Assembly (NCBI RefSeq): GCF_009914755.1
Contig: NC_060939.1
Strand: one strand, 5' to 3'
DNA length: 64,000 bases
Source: the human T2T-CHM13v2.0 reference genome, Homo sapiens
A program made the position numbers and the translations under genes. Within the stretch, counting starts at the first letter, position 1. The number at the start of each line of letters is the position of its first letter. Positions 30,215-44,189 of the stretch are shown piece after piece. Below the pieces are notes generated by a model that saw nothing but the letters and a program-made list of their open reading frames with translations, searched no databases and was not told where the DNA came from.

Positions 30215-32606
30215 CAGGCAACCCTCATCTTATTGTGCTTCACCTTATTGCACTTTGCAGATATTGACTTTTTTATAAATTGAAGGTTTGTGGCAACTCT
30301 GTTCAGCATGTCTACTGGCACCATTCTTCCAACAGCATGTGCTCCCTTTGTGATTCCATGTCACCTTTTGGTCATTCTCACAATATTTCAAACTTTTTCA
30401 TCGTTCTTATATCTGTTGTGGTGATCTGTGATCAGCAACATTTGATGTTACCACTGTAATTGTTTTGGGGCACCACAAACCCTGCCCATATAAGATGGCA
30501 GCCTTAATCTACAAATGTTGGGTGTGTTCTGACTGTTCCACTGACCGGCCATTCCCCCATCTCTTCCCCTCTCTGCAGGCCTCCTTATTCCCTGAGATAC
30601 AACATTATTGAAATTAGGCCAATTGATAACCCTGTAAGGGTTTAAGTAAAAGGTTCAAATGTTCAAGTAAAAGGTCTAAGGGTTCAAGTAAAAGGTCCGT
30701 CATATTAAATCAAAAACTAGAAATGATTAAACTTAGAGGAAGCCATGTCAAAAGATGAAATACGCTGAAAGCTAGGCATCTTATGCCAAACAGTTAAGCT
30801 ATGAATGCAAAGGAAAAGTTCTGAAAGGAAATCAGAAGTGCTACTCCAGTGAACACATGAATGATAAGAATGCAAAACAGCCTTATTGCTGATATGGAGA
30901 AAGTTTTAGTGGTCTGGATAGAAGATCAAACCAGCCACAACATTCCCTTAAATCAAAGCCTGACCCAAAACAAGGCCCTAACTCTCTTCAATTCTGTGAA
31001 GGCTAAGAGATTTGAGGAAGCTGCAGATGAAAAGTTTGAAGCTAGGAGAGGTTGGTTCATGAGGTTTAAGGAAAGAAGCCATCTCCGTAACATAAAAGTG
31101 CAAGGTGAGGAAGCAAGTGCTGATGCAGAAGCTGCAGCAAGTTATCCAGAAGATCTGGTATGATAATTGATAAAGGTGGCTACACCAAACAACAGACTTT
31201 CGATGTAGATGAAACAGCCTTCTATTGGAGGATGATGCCATCTAGGACTTTCATAGCTAGAATGGAAAAGTCAAGTCCTGGCTTCAAAGCTTCAAAGGAC
31301 AGGCTGTCTTGTTAGGTGCTAATGCAGCTGGTGACTTTAAGTTGAAGCCAATGCTTATTTGTCATTCTGAAAATCCTAGGGCCCTTAAGAATGATGCTAA
31401 ATCTACTCTGCCTATACCCTATAAAAGGAACAACAAAGTCGGGATAGCAGCACTCTGTTTACAGCATGGTTGGTTGAATATTTTAAGCCCACTGTTGAGG
31501 CCTACTGCTCAGAAAAAGATTCCTTTCAAAATATTACTGCTCATTGGCAATGCACCTGGTAATCCAAGAGCTCTGATGGAAGTGTACAAGGAGATTAATG
31601 TTGTTTTCATGACTGCTAACATAATATCCATGTGCAGCCCAGCCCATAGATTAAGGAGTAATTTCAATTTTTGAGTCTTAATATCTAAAAAATACATTTT
31701 ATGAGGCTATAGCTGCCATACATAGTGATTTCTCTGATGGATCTGGGCAAAGTAAATTAAAAATCTTCTGGAAAGGATTTGCCATTTTAGATGCCATTAA
31801 GAATATTACTGATTCATGGGAGGGGTTCAAAATATCTACATTGTTGATTGATTCCAACCCTCATAGATGACTTTGAGGGGTTCAATAGTTCAGTGGAGGA
31901 AGTAACTGCAGATGTGGGGGGAAATATCAAGAGAACTAGAATTAGAAGTGGAGCCTGAAGATGTGACTGAATTGCTGCAATCTCATGATAAAACTTGAAC
32001 AGTCAAGAAGCTGCTTCACGTAGATGAGCAAAGACAATGGTTTCTCGAGATAGAATCTACTCCTGGTAAGACACCATGAACACTGTTGAAATGACAAAAA
32101 AGGATTTAGAATACTCATAAACTTAGCTGATAAAGCAGTGACAGGGTTTGAGAGGACTGGCTCCAGTTTTGAAAGAAGTCCTACCGTAGATCAAATGTTA
32201 TCAAACAGCATCCCATGCTTCAGAAAAATCTTTCATGAAAGAGAGTCCATCCACGTGGCCAATTTCACTGTTGTCTTCTTTTAACAAATTGTCACAGCAC
32301 CTCAACCTTCAGCAAGCACCACCCTGATCAGCCAGCAGCCAACAACCTCGAGTCAAGACCTTCCACAAGCAACAGGATTATGACTTGCTAAAGGTTCAGA
32401 TAATCACTAGCATTTTTAACAATGAAACATTTTAAAATTAAGGTATATATATTGTTTTTCAGACACAATTAATAAACTATAGTATAGTGCAAACATATTT
32501 TATATGCACTGGGAAACCAAAATATTAGTATGACTGACTGCATTGTGATATTTGCTTTATTGTGGTGGTCTGGAATCTAACCCACAACACCCCCAAGATA
32601 TCCCTA
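30215..32606 (+). mobile_element. Tigger1, near full length (about 2.4 kb)
   Basis: Degenerate TIRs CAGGCAACCCTC and AAGATATCCCTA followed by TA; length and interior fit recalled Tigger1. Confidence 0.93.
30700..32000 (+). pseudogene. Disrupted Tigger1 pogo/CENP-B-type transposase
   Basis: ORF pieces [23 protein letters not shown]...[15 protein letters not shown] (CENP-B HTH) and [16 protein letters not shown]...KILLLIGNAPG (DDE_1 region), with stops and frameshifts. Confidence 0.88.
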
Positions 32607-32932
32607 TAAACGATAAAAAAACAAAACTTCTGAAGTAATAGGTTTATACTTGTTCCCCTGTGAAATAAGGTGCTGAAGAGTCACAAAATCATGCTCTTTG
32701 CTGCCCTGTGTTTTTTCCTTTGTGTTTTGATCAGATACTAGGAAGCAACATTTATCTAACAGGTAGATTTTTACACAAAAGGTTGGGAAATTCCATCTGA
32801 CCAGGTCTAGTTTTTACTGGTGATTTCATTAAGTGTGTGGGGGGCCAGATGGATAGAAATGAAGTCACTTAAGGGATACATATTGAAGGATGTGCACTAC
32901 CTACATATCTGAGATTTTAAAATATGCAAAAT

Positions 32933-33225
32933 TGGCCAGGCGTGGTGGCTCACGCCTGTAATCCCAGCACCTTGGAAAGCTGAGGTGGGCAGATCACTTG
33001 AGGTCAGGAATTTGAGACCAGCCTGGCCAACACAGGGAAGCCCTGTCTCTACTAAAAATACAAAAATTGGCTGGATGTGGTGGCACATTCCTGTAGTCTC
33101 AGCTACCTGGGAGACGGAGGCAGGAGAATCACTTGAATCCTAGAGGCGGAAGTTGCAGTGAGCCAACATCACGCCACTGCACTCCAGCCTGGGTGACAGA
33201 GCAAGATTCTGTCTCAAAAAATATA
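32933..33225 (+). mobile_element. AluS
   Basis: Full Alu; TSD ATATGCAAAATT. Confidence 0.92.
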
Positions 33226-33272
33226 TATGCAAAATTGAAAAAAGCATACACATAAAGGAATATGAACATAGG

Positions 33273-36200
33273 TGTCTTGGCCTGTTGTGCGGCTATAACA
33301 AAATCCCATAGGCTGGGTAGGCTCTGGGCAGCCAAACCCCATGGCTTTGCTGAGCACAGCCCAGAGCACACCTATTGCGAGCTGTAGTCAGGTGCCTGCA
33401 GCTCTCCCAGGCTGGAATCGCACACCAGTGGCTCTACTGGTCTGGAGTCATGTGGTGGTCCACCCTCACAGCAGCCTCTGCTTGGCTCACTTGACCAAGG
33501 CTTCTAGCTGCTACATTCTTCAGAATCTAGGTGGGTGTATCAACACCCCTACAGCTTGTGCACTCTGCATACCTGCAAAGATGGCACTGCCTGGGGGCTG
33601 ACAAGGTTTACTGACTCTGTCTCCTGGAGGGGCAGCCACTGCCACACCTGGGCCTACTAAAGCCAAACCTGGGGTAGCTGAGGATCCCTGCCCTAGAATG
33701 TGGAGAGCAGAGCTTTGAGATGGTGCCCAGTTGTGCAGCAAGCACAGGGGTCCCACAGTTCATCCTTGGCCCATCCTTTCAAATTGTTCTGCCACCAAGG
33801 CCCTTGCATTCTGGCCTTGTGATGACAGTGGTAGCCCCAATAATCTCGAAAACGTCTTCAAAGTCATTCTTCCATGTCTTCATGACTAGCACCTGGTGGA
33901 TTCACACCAATCTCATCAAAGAGTTGCTTGGCCACACCCTTGCTGTTCTCTCCCAAACACACTTCCACAGTATGGACAGGTTTAGAATTGTCCAAATATT
34001 TAAGTTCTTCTTCCCTCTTGATTGAAAATTCTGCTTTTAAATCATTATTCTCTTCTCACATTTTACTATAAGCACTCAACAGACGCCAACCCACATCTTT
34101 GACACTTTGCTTAGAAATTTCTTGTGCCAAATATCCTATTTCATTGCTCATAAGTTCTACCTTCCACAAAATGTGAGGACCCAAACACAACTTAGTTAAG
34201 TTCTTTGCCACTTTATAACAATGATCATGTTTCCTATGGTTTCTAATAACATGTTCCTCATTTCCGAGACCTCATCAGAATTGCCTTTACAGTCCATATT
34301 TCTGACAATATTCTGATCACAACCACTTAAGCATTCCGTAAGAAGATGGAGGCTTTCTCTACAGCTCTCCTTCCCTCCTTCTAAGCTCTCACCAGAATTG
34401 CCCTTTAGGGTCCATTCACAGCAATCTAAGCTTTTTCTAGCATGCACCTCAAAACTCTTCTTGTCTCTATCCATTATCCAGTTCCAAAGCCACCTCCACA
34501 TTTCTAGGCATTTGTTATAACAACAACCACACTCCCAGTACCAGTTTCTGTCTTTGTTCATTCAGGCTGCCATAACAAAATACCATAGACAAAGTAGCTT
34601 ATAAACAACAGTTATTTATTTCTCTGGAGGCTGAGAAGTCCAAATTCAAGGTGTCAGTAGACCCAGTGTCTGGGGAGAGCCCACTCTCTCTTATATAGTG
34701 CCGCCTTCTTCTGTCCTCACGTGATGTAAGGAGGCAGGGCAGCTCTCTGGGGCCTCTTCTACAAGTTCACTAATCTCATTTGTTACGGCTCCACTCATGA
34801 CCTAATCACCTCCAAAAAGGCCCCATCTCCTAACACCATCAGTTTAGGGGTTAATATTTCAGCATATGAATTTTGAGGGAGCACAAATGATATGGTTTGG
34901 CTGTGTTCTCACCCGATTCTCATCTTGAATTGTAACTCCCACAGTTCCCATGTGTCATAGGAGGAACCCCAGTGGGAGGTGATTGAATGATGGGGGCGGA
35001 TCTTTCCTGTGCTGTTCTCCTGATAGTGAGTGAGTCTCATGAGATCTGATGGTTTTAAAAAGGGGAGTTTCCCTTCACAAGCTCTCTCCTCTTGTCTTGC
35101 TACCATGTGACATGTGCCTTTCACCTTCCTCCATGATTGTGAGGCCTCCCCAGCCACATGGAACTGTCAGTCCAATAAACCTCTTTCTTCTCTAAATTGC
35201 CCAGTCTTGGATATGTCTTTTTCAGCAACATGAAAATGGACGAATACAGTAAATTTGTATCAGGAGTGGAGTGCTGCTGAAAAGATACCCGAAAATGTGG
35301 AAGCAACTTTGGAACTGGGTTAACAGGCAGAAGCTGGAACAGTTTGGAGGGCTCAGAAGAAGACAAGAAAATGGGAGAAAGTTTGGAACTTCCTAGAGAC
35401 TTGTTGAATGGTTTTGACAAAAAATGCTGATAGTGATCTGAACAATAAGGTCCAGGCTGAAGTGGTCTCAGATGGAGATGAGGAACTTGTTGGCAACTGG
35501 AGCAAAGGTGACTCTTACCATGTTTTAGCAAAGAGACTGGCAGCCTTTTGCTCCTGCCCTAGAGATTTGTGGAACTCTGAACTTGAGAGAGCTGATTTAG
35601 GGTATCTGGCAGAAGAAATTCCTAAGCAGCAAAGCATTCAAGAAGTGACTTGGGTGCTGTTAAAGGCATTCAGTTTTATAAGGGAAGCAGAGCATAAAAT
35701 TTCAGAAAATTTGCAGCCTGACAATGCAATAGAAAAAAAAATCCCATTTTCTAAGAAGAAATTCAAGCCAGCTGCAGAAATTTGCTTAGGAATGAGGAGC
35801 CAAATGTTAATTCCCAAGACAATGGGGAAAATGTCTCCAGGGCATGTCAGAGGTCTTCACAGCAGTGCCCCCTCCCTGCCCATCACAGGCTCAGAGGCCT
35901 AGGAGGAAAACATGGTTTTGTGGGCCAGGCCCAGGGTCCCCATACTGTGTGCATTCTAGGGACTTAGTGCCCTGCATCCCAGTCGTGACTAAAAGGGCCT
36001 AAGGTACAGTTCAGGCCGTGGCTTCAGAGGGTGTAAGCCCCATGCCTTGGCAGCTTCGATGTGGTGTTGAGCCTGCAGGCGCACAGAAGTCAAGAACTGA
36101 GGTTTGGGAACCTCTGCCTAGATTTCAGAGGATATATGGAAATGCCTGGATGTCCAGGCAGAAGTTTGCTGTAGAGGTGGGGCTTTCTTTCATTGAGAAC

Positions 36201-37210
36201 CTGTGCTAGGGCAGTGTGGAAGGGAAATGTGAGGTCAGAGTCCCCACACAGATTCCCTACTGGGGCACTGCCTAGTGGAGCTGTGAGAAGAGGACCACTG
36301 TCCTCCAGACCCCAGAATGGTAGATCCACCAACAGCGTGCACCATGTGCCTGGAAAAGCCGCAAACACCTGAATACCAGTCCGTAAAAGCAGCTGGGAGG
36401 GAGGTGGTACCCTGAAAAGCCACAGGGACAGAGCTGCCCAAGACCATGGGAATCCACCTCTTGCATCAGTGTGACCTGGATGTGAGACATGGAGTCAAAG
36501 GAGAACATTTTGGAGCTTTAAGATTTGACTGCCCTGCTGGATTTTGGACTCACATGGGGCCTGTAGCCCCTTTGTTTTGGCCAATTTCTACCATTTGTAA
36601 CAGCTGTATTTACCCGATGCTGCTACCCACATTGTATTTAGGAAGTAACTAACTTGCTTTTGATTTTACAGGCTGATAGGCAGAAGAGTCTTGCTTTGTC
36701 TCAGATGAGACATTGGACTATGGACTTTTGAGTTAATGCTGAAATGAGTTAAGACTTTGGGGGACTGTCAAAAGGCATGATTGGTTTTGAAATGTAAGGA
36801 CATGAGATTTGAGAGGGGCCAGGAGCGGAATGATATGGTTTGGCTGTGTTCCCACCCAAATCTTATCTCGAATTCTAACTCCCACAGTTCCTACGTGTTG
36901 TGGGAGGAACCCAGTGGGAGGTGATTGAATGATGGGGGTGGGTCTTTCCTGTGCTGTTCTTGTGATAGTGAATGAGTCTCACAAGAACTGATGGTTTTAA
37001 AAATGGGGGTTTTCCTTCACAAGCTCTCTTCTCTTGTCTGCCGCCATGTGAGACATTCCTTTCACTTTCCATCATGATTGTGAGGCCTCCCCAGCCACGT
37101 GGAACTGTAAGTCCAATAAACCTCTTTCTTTCCTAAATTGCCCAGTCTTGGATATGTCTTTATCTGCAGCATGAAAATGAACGAATACAACAAACATTCA
37201 AATCATGGCA
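33273..37210 (-). mobile_element. Older MaLR element (MLT1A/MST-type): short 3' LTR remnant, internal region, and 5' LTR (about 34548-34887 plus 37195-37210) split by THE1B
   Basis: TG...CA termini; flanks ATAGG (33268-72) and ATAGA (37211-15) form a 4/5 TSD; MaLR-internal sequence about 33320-34547. Confidence 0.8.
34888..37189 (+). mobile_element. Complete THE1B-type element (LTR 34888-35248, internal, LTR 36831-37189)
   Basis: Both LTRs TGATATGGTTTGGCTGTG...AATACA; purine tract before the 3' LTR; perfect 5-bp TSD ACAAA at 34883-87 and 37190-94. Confidence 0.95.
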
Positions 37211-37367
37211 ATAGAAAACATTTATATAGGATCCCTCAGATTTTTTTTGAAAGCAACAACTTATTTAATTTTCATCAATAGTTATATTTAGTGATCATAT
37301 TTCAGAATGTTTCATATAAAATCTATTAGACAAATGAACACAACATGGTTATTACATAATGCTAATA

Positions 37368-37585
37368 CAGGTGGAGCACCCCCAGTCTGAAATCTGAAAT
37401 GCTTCAAAATTTGAAACTTTCTGAGTGCCAACATGATGTTCAAAGGATGTTCATCAGAGCATTTTGGATTTCAGATTTTCAGATTACGGATGCTCTACCT
37501 GTTAGGTATCTGCAAATATTCAAAAATCTGAAAAATATCTAAAATTCAACATACTTTTTCACAAGCAATTTGGACAAGGCATAAT
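37368..37585 (+). mobile_element. Tigger4a (MER46A)
   Basis: TA|CAGGTGGAGCACCC...GAGCATTTTGGATTTCAGATTTTCAGATT. Confidence 0.8.
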
Positions 37586-38599
37586 ATTGAAGAATTACTC
37601 CCACCTTGAATTCTCTTTGGAGTGAGGAAACAATAAAATGCTTATTAAATATATGGAAATACATAGGTTATAGATAACAGAGAAACTAAAATGTATTGAT
37701 TTTTGGTTCATTTTGATTCCGTTTCAGCTAATATGGATGGTTGAAATGAAGTATAAACAGATGAAATAAGAACAAAGATAAGGAGTGTTAGGGTGGGTCC
37801 CTAGGAAGGGAATGTGGAACATTACTGGGATGATAATAATTATCCAATTAGGTTAATCTCTATTATTTTGTACATTCAATCAGTAGCCCTGAAAAGATAA
37901 AGCCAATGTTTCATGAGGCAGAAAGTGACTTCTAAGGAAAGAAGCCCCCACAAAGCCATGATCCTCCCAACTGTTAGGTAAAAGTGGACCCCCACTAGCA
38001 TGAAGAAATAATCGTCTCTTCTGTTTTTAATTATATATGGACAGACAAGTTCCAAATCCTTATTTTATGTTTTCTACTTCAATTATTCCTTTCCTATTGC
38101 AATTTGAGTTCATTTTCTATTCTGCTCTCAATTAAGTGAAGTCACCATTTTCCCTTTAATCATATGTTATCCTCCAATTTACTTTCCTACTTCATTTACT
38201 TCCTTACTATTGTCTTTGGGAAGTTTTATCAGCTCTTCAGATGGGCAGAAGATGTGGTGGCAGGGAAAGGGGCAGGGGCTGGCTGGAGACCACCTGACAG
38301 GGAGTCAAGGCCTGTCTCACCAGGTGTGTGAGCACAGGCAACTGTGGAGCCCTCTGAACCCCAACCTCATCTTCAGTAAAATGGAACAGCCACATCTACA
38401 TCACTACAGGTTTGCTTGAAGTTTAAAGCTATTCTACATTAGGAGTTCAATAATCATAATAAAGTTGTCAGTTTTCTTTTTACCTCCTAATCAATGTGTT
38501 AGTCCCTGAAGAAAATCATTAAGTAAAAAGGACCCCACCGACCCACTCACCCACACACTAACACAAAATAGTTGTCCAATGGCAGGAAGTTGGATTAAC

Positions 38600-39380
38600 T
38601 GATTAATTTATTCAGGAAATATTTATTTACATTTTGATCTACTCCATGCCAGATACTGTTATAGGTACTGAGGATACAGCAGTGAGCAGGCAAAAGCTCC
38701 TGCTCTCGTGGAGCTTCTATTCCAGTAGGGAAAACACAACTAATAAAATGAATGAGCAAAATGTATAGTATATTAAACGGTGGTTAAGTGCCATTAGAGA
38801 AAGAGAAGGAGGAAACTCAGGGTGGGGGGATGGCAAATGTGATCTTACAGGGGGTTCAGGCAAAGGTGACATGGAAATGAGACTGGAAGTAGTGAGTGAG
38901 GAGCTGCATGGCTGTCCAGAAGCAAGGAGCCACCTGAAAAGGCTCTGGGGCAGGAGTGTGCTGGGCACGTGAACACAGCCAGGGTGGCTGGAAAGAGCTA
39001 CAGGGGAAAGAGAAGGAGGAGATGGTGAGAAGGGAGAGGTACAGGCCTTCCTTTGGCTTTGACTGAGTGAGATGAAAGGGCAAGCCAAGTTCTGAGCAGA
39101 GAAATAACATAGTGCAGCTTACCTTTAACAGGATCCTTCTGGTTCTCTGAGGGGTGCAGTGGGAACAGGCTGCAACAGGGCAAGTGTCACAGCAGAAGCT
39201 ACTAGGAGGCTACTTCAACAGTACAGGTGAGAGATGATAAGAGTTTAGGTGAGGGTGGTAAGCAGTCACATACTGGATCTATTCCAAAAGTGCAGCCTCT
39301 GCAGAGTTTGCTGAGGGACTGGATACATGCAGAGCTGAGAGAAAAAAGTCAAGGATGACCCCAAGGTTTCTGGCCTCAAC
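38600..39380 (-). mobile_element. L2 3' fragment
   Basis: AAATATTTATT...CCATGCCAGATACTGTT and GAGAAAAAAGTCAAGGATGACCCCAAGGTTTCTGGCCT. Confidence 0.8.
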
Positions 39381-39759
39381 AAGTTACTAGCTGTATAAAC
39401 TGCATACAAACTTGTTTCTGACCCCGAGGACTAGATGAGTAATCAATATACATGAAGGCACAGCCCAGTGTACGGCACATGGGCTTGTGTGGTATGCTTA
39501 GGTTCAAGTTTACAAACTCTATTGAATTTCTACTTTGTGCTTTGCCCTGACTTTGCTAGGTCCAGAAATACAAACATGAGTAAGTGTGAAATCCACCCTC
39601 AGGAGTTTATGATCTAGTGAGACAAAGAATCATCCTTTATAGTACAAGCTTCCCCAGCAGCCACAGAAATGAGTAGAAGATTCAGATGTCAGCAGGGAAG
39701 GGAATGATTGACTCAGAGGGAGGATATCTAGGAGGGCTGCCTGGAGTAGGTGACAACAG

Positions 39760-39900
39760 AGTAGTGGTGTCTTCTCAAGAGGAAAATCGATGAGGACTGG
39801 CACAGCTGGGAAAAAGGTGATAAAGAGGACAGTAGTGGCTAGACTTCTCAAGAAGAAAATCGATGAGAACGGCACAGCTGGGAAAAAGGTGATAGAGAAG
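39760..39900. repeat. Two-copy tandem duplication, period about 71 bp
   Basis: AGTAGTGG...CTTCTCAAGA(G/A)GAAAATCGATGAG...GGCACAGCTGGGAAAAAGGTGATA starting at 39760 and 39831. Confidence 0.9.
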
Positions 39901-40299
39901 GGCATTGACGGAACGCTTACCCGCTACTGAATGATGATCACTTATTGTTGAAGATAGAGACTGTGTCTCTTCTAACACCACAATCCTGAGATGTAGGCAC
40001 GACATCCTGAAGATCGCAATGCGTACACAGTTTCTTGTAAATATTCTGCAACTACATAGTTATTTGTTTGACTGTTCCTGCTTTCACAATTATAATTTGG
40101 TCCAGTCAACTCTAGTCAGCAATATAACATTACCTTGTACACCTCCAAAGCAAAATTGTGCAAAAGTATAGCTGCCTGAGGAGGCAAGTCCTGATCCCCA
40201 CTCCTTGGGGCCTTCTCTATCCATAGATCCAAAAAACCACAGATGCTTCTGGTGTGTTCTGCCAATGATCCTTGGCAGTAAACAAGTGTCACGTCTGAC

Positions 40300-40593
<294 letters not shown>

Positions 40594-41509
40594 GTGTCAC
40601 TTTTAATAACATTACTCAATTGATGACATGTCTGCATCATCATCAATTATGATTCAGGTATTTTCATACTGTTCTCATATACTTTGTACCAGCCCGTAAT
40701 TCTGCATTTGCTTTTATTTTCTTAGTAAGATGAAATAAAAGGACTACAAACATTTAGAATAATATGAAAAAAGAAGCCACAAATATTAACCCTCTAGTTC
40801 ATGTCATCAACCCTGAATGCAACTCTATTTCCACAAATTGGAAGAGGGGAAAAAATCCAGATAGTAAATGAAATTTTTACTATCATATTTTATTCTTTAA
40901 TTTGAATCATGAAGAACTTTGAAAGTTTATTTTGTGAGAAAACTGGAAAATTAAAAACTAACAGAAATAGTTCATAAAGAAATGCACTTTTTAAAACTTT
41001 CCACTGCATTCTCTTCCTCTTGGTGGTGAAAGTATAGATTCAACTGCTTGGAAAAAATATAGACTACGCGCCCAGTATCATTAGTTTGAAGTTTGTTCTA
41101 ACTGTGGTATAGATAGAGGAAGAAATCATTAGCAAACTAAAGGTAAAATACACTCAACTATATGAAAATCAATCAACAGTCAGGCTTCATTTTTTAAAAA
41201 AACTTTCCATTAAATCACAACACGCACTCAAGTTTACAAGGGTCAAGTCCTAGTAAAAACACCTTTAAAAATGAACAAGAAAATCAGAGCTATTCTTCAT
41301 TGATGTTCCTTTTTTGTCATGAACCTGTTCTGTATGAACAAAATTCCTTTATTTAATAAATTGCACTAAGGCATCATTTGCTCAGCCATAATGGAATTAC
41401 TTTGATCCAACGGAAATAAATAAGGACTAGAGAAGTGGAAATCAACAAGTCAGCAAGTTAACATCTCAGTTGTTGTATGCTATTCACCTCTAAAGAAAAA
41501 AACACTAAA

Positions 41510-41729
41510 GGCCCGACACGGTGGCTCATGCCTGTAGTCCCAGCACTTTGGGAGACCACGGCGGGTGGATCACGAGGTCAACAGATCGAGACCATCCTGG
41601 CCAACACGGTGAAACCCTGTCTCTACTAAAAATAGAAAAATTAGCCAGGCGTGGCGGCGGGCGCCTGTAATCCCAGCTACTCGGGAAGCTGAGGCAGGAG
41701 AATCGCTTGAACCTGGAAGGCGGAAATTG
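41510..41729 (+). mobile_element. AluSc-like, 3'-truncated
   Basis: Ends at GGCGGAAATTG with no tail. Confidence 0.88.
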
Positions 41730-42060
41730 TCAATCCCATTTAAGAAAACTATCTTTTCTATCTAATATGCCAGGTTTTGACCTAAGTGATTACAGGCAAG
41801 CCCAGCCTCTATAAACAAAATGAGGCTGTTCCCACAAAACACACTAGAAGGGGGCCCTTGCCAGGCTCCCTGTCTCACCCACTTCCCTCCCCATACATAC
41901 ACTTGGCGGCTTCTGGCTTGGAGAAGGGTGAGCCAGGAGGAAGCAAAACTTTCCAACTGATCTATGTGTCATCGTTTTTAAGCTCCATATGAAGCTCAAG
42001 ATGAATATTTTATAAAGGCACAAACCCTGCATGCCACAAAATTTTAGTTTTCTTACATGA

Positions 42061-42521
<461 letters not shown>

Positions 42522-42859
42522 TTAGGAAATTAGATATTTGTCCTCTTTTTCTGAAATCAGGGGAACTTCGGGGAAAAAGCAGCAATCTAAGTAGACCACA
42601 GCAACAAGAAATTCCTTTATGGAAAATTTGCTTGTAAAAATCCAAATAAAGACGTATTTGTAGAGGGCAACCTGAAGGCAAAATATCATGCTCATACAAA
42701 ATGAACTGCAGAATTGAGAAGCACAAGTGCCTGGAGGCAGCCCCATTATCAATTCTTTGACCTCTTGGAGCTGGGTGTGAGGGCTAAAAATAAACTTACT
42801 TCACCAGCTGAACTCCTTCAGGCCTTAACATCTAAAATCCTGGATCCATAGATGTGTTT

Positions 42860-43210
42860 GGATAAAGGACGGAGACCAGGGGTGGGCAAAGTGGTAGCAA
42901 AAGGGTGGCGGGTGCTGCAGGCCACAATGAGGGTTCAGGATTTCCTTCTAAATGTGATTAGCAGGAGAGTGACAGGATGATTTACATCTGAAAAGGACTG
43001 CTCCAACTGCTCTGCGGAGATGAGACCAGGTGGATACAGAGAAACCAGGTACTGGCTACTGCATAATCCTTGTGAGAGACAAAGGTGGCTCGGATCACCA
43101 AGCAGTAGAGCAGGCAGTGAGAAGTTATCAAATTTGGCATGCAGCTAGAGGAGAAAGCCAACAGGACTTGATGGTCAGTCAGATCTGGATTGCAGAGGAA
43201 GAGAAAGTCA
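42860..43210 (-). mobile_element. L2 fragment
   Basis: GCAGGAGAGTGACAGGATGATTTAC...GTGAGAGACAAAGGTGGCT. Confidence 0.65.
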
Positions 43211-43449
43211 AATCTCTTCCACTTTTCACAAAAATAAACTACAGATTGTTCCAGTAGTCAAGATACATCATTCAAAGGAAAACTATGGCAATGGCTATAA
43301 ACAAATAATTTACCAAAAAAAAAAAAGATGTATGTGCAAATCACCACATCAAAAGATTTCAACACCACTAGTAATTACAGAAATGCAAACTAAAGCAAAA
43401 ACTAGAATGCTTTCCCCTGTCTTATTAGAAAAAAAAATAAAGATAATCG

Positions 43450-43881
43450 AAGTGGGCTGAACAGTATTCCTCAAAATTCATGTCTATCTGGAACCTCAGA
43501 ATGTGAGAGTCTTTGCAGATGTAATTAGTTAAGATGGGGTCAGATGGGATTACAGTAGACCCTAAGCACAATGACTGGTGTCCCTATAAGAAGAGGAGAG
43601 GACAGACAGAGATACACAGGCAGGGAAGAAAGCCAGGTGAAGATGGAGGTAGAGACTGCAGCGATGCAGCTACAAGCCAAGAAACACCAATAGGAACTGC
43701 AGCCGCCAGAAACTAGGAAGAGGCAAGGACAGATCCTCCCCTGGAACCTTTAGAGGAAGCATGGCCCTGCTACACCTTGAGTCAGATTTTTGGCCTCCAG
43801 AACTGTGAAAGGATACATTTTTGTTGTTTTAAGCCACCAAGTTTGTGGTTCTTTGTCACAGCAGTCCTAGCAAACTGACAA
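43450..43881 (+). mobile_element. MLT1B/C solo LTR
   Basis: GAACCTCAGAATGTGA...CTTTGCAGATGTAATTAGTTAAGATG...TTTTAAGCCACCAAGTTTGTGG. Confidence 0.88.
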
Positions 43882-44189
43882 CGTAATTGACAGTATTACT
43901 GAGAGTGTGAAAAGTACAGTCATCCTCAGGCCTGTTGGCAAAAGCATAGATTAGCACAACAGCCTTTGGGAAAAATAATTTGGCAATGCTTGCCACAATT
44001 GCAAATGACCAGATCTTTTGACTCAGCAATTCCAATGTGAGGAGTTTATTCTAAGGAGATAATTAGAAACATGTGCAAAGATTTTAAAAGAATGTTCCTC
44101 ACAGGGTTAAAACTGGAAAAAAATCTAAATGTTCAAAAATTTAAAATAAGTCAAAAAAACTATGGTGCAAACTTACAACAAAGTACCAT

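Noticed and set aside
30861-31674. Domesticated TIGD-like gene
   Set aside because: Multiple stops and frameshifts and a lost start region; a decayed Tigger1 copy
35408-35902. 164-aa ORF
   Set aside because: Frameshifted remnant of the THE1 internal ORF, not a host gene
39931-40009. C/D-box snoRNA-like layout (ATGATGA...CTGA...CTGA)
   Set aside because: No terminal stem and no recognisable rRNA or snRNA guide; short boxes occur by chance
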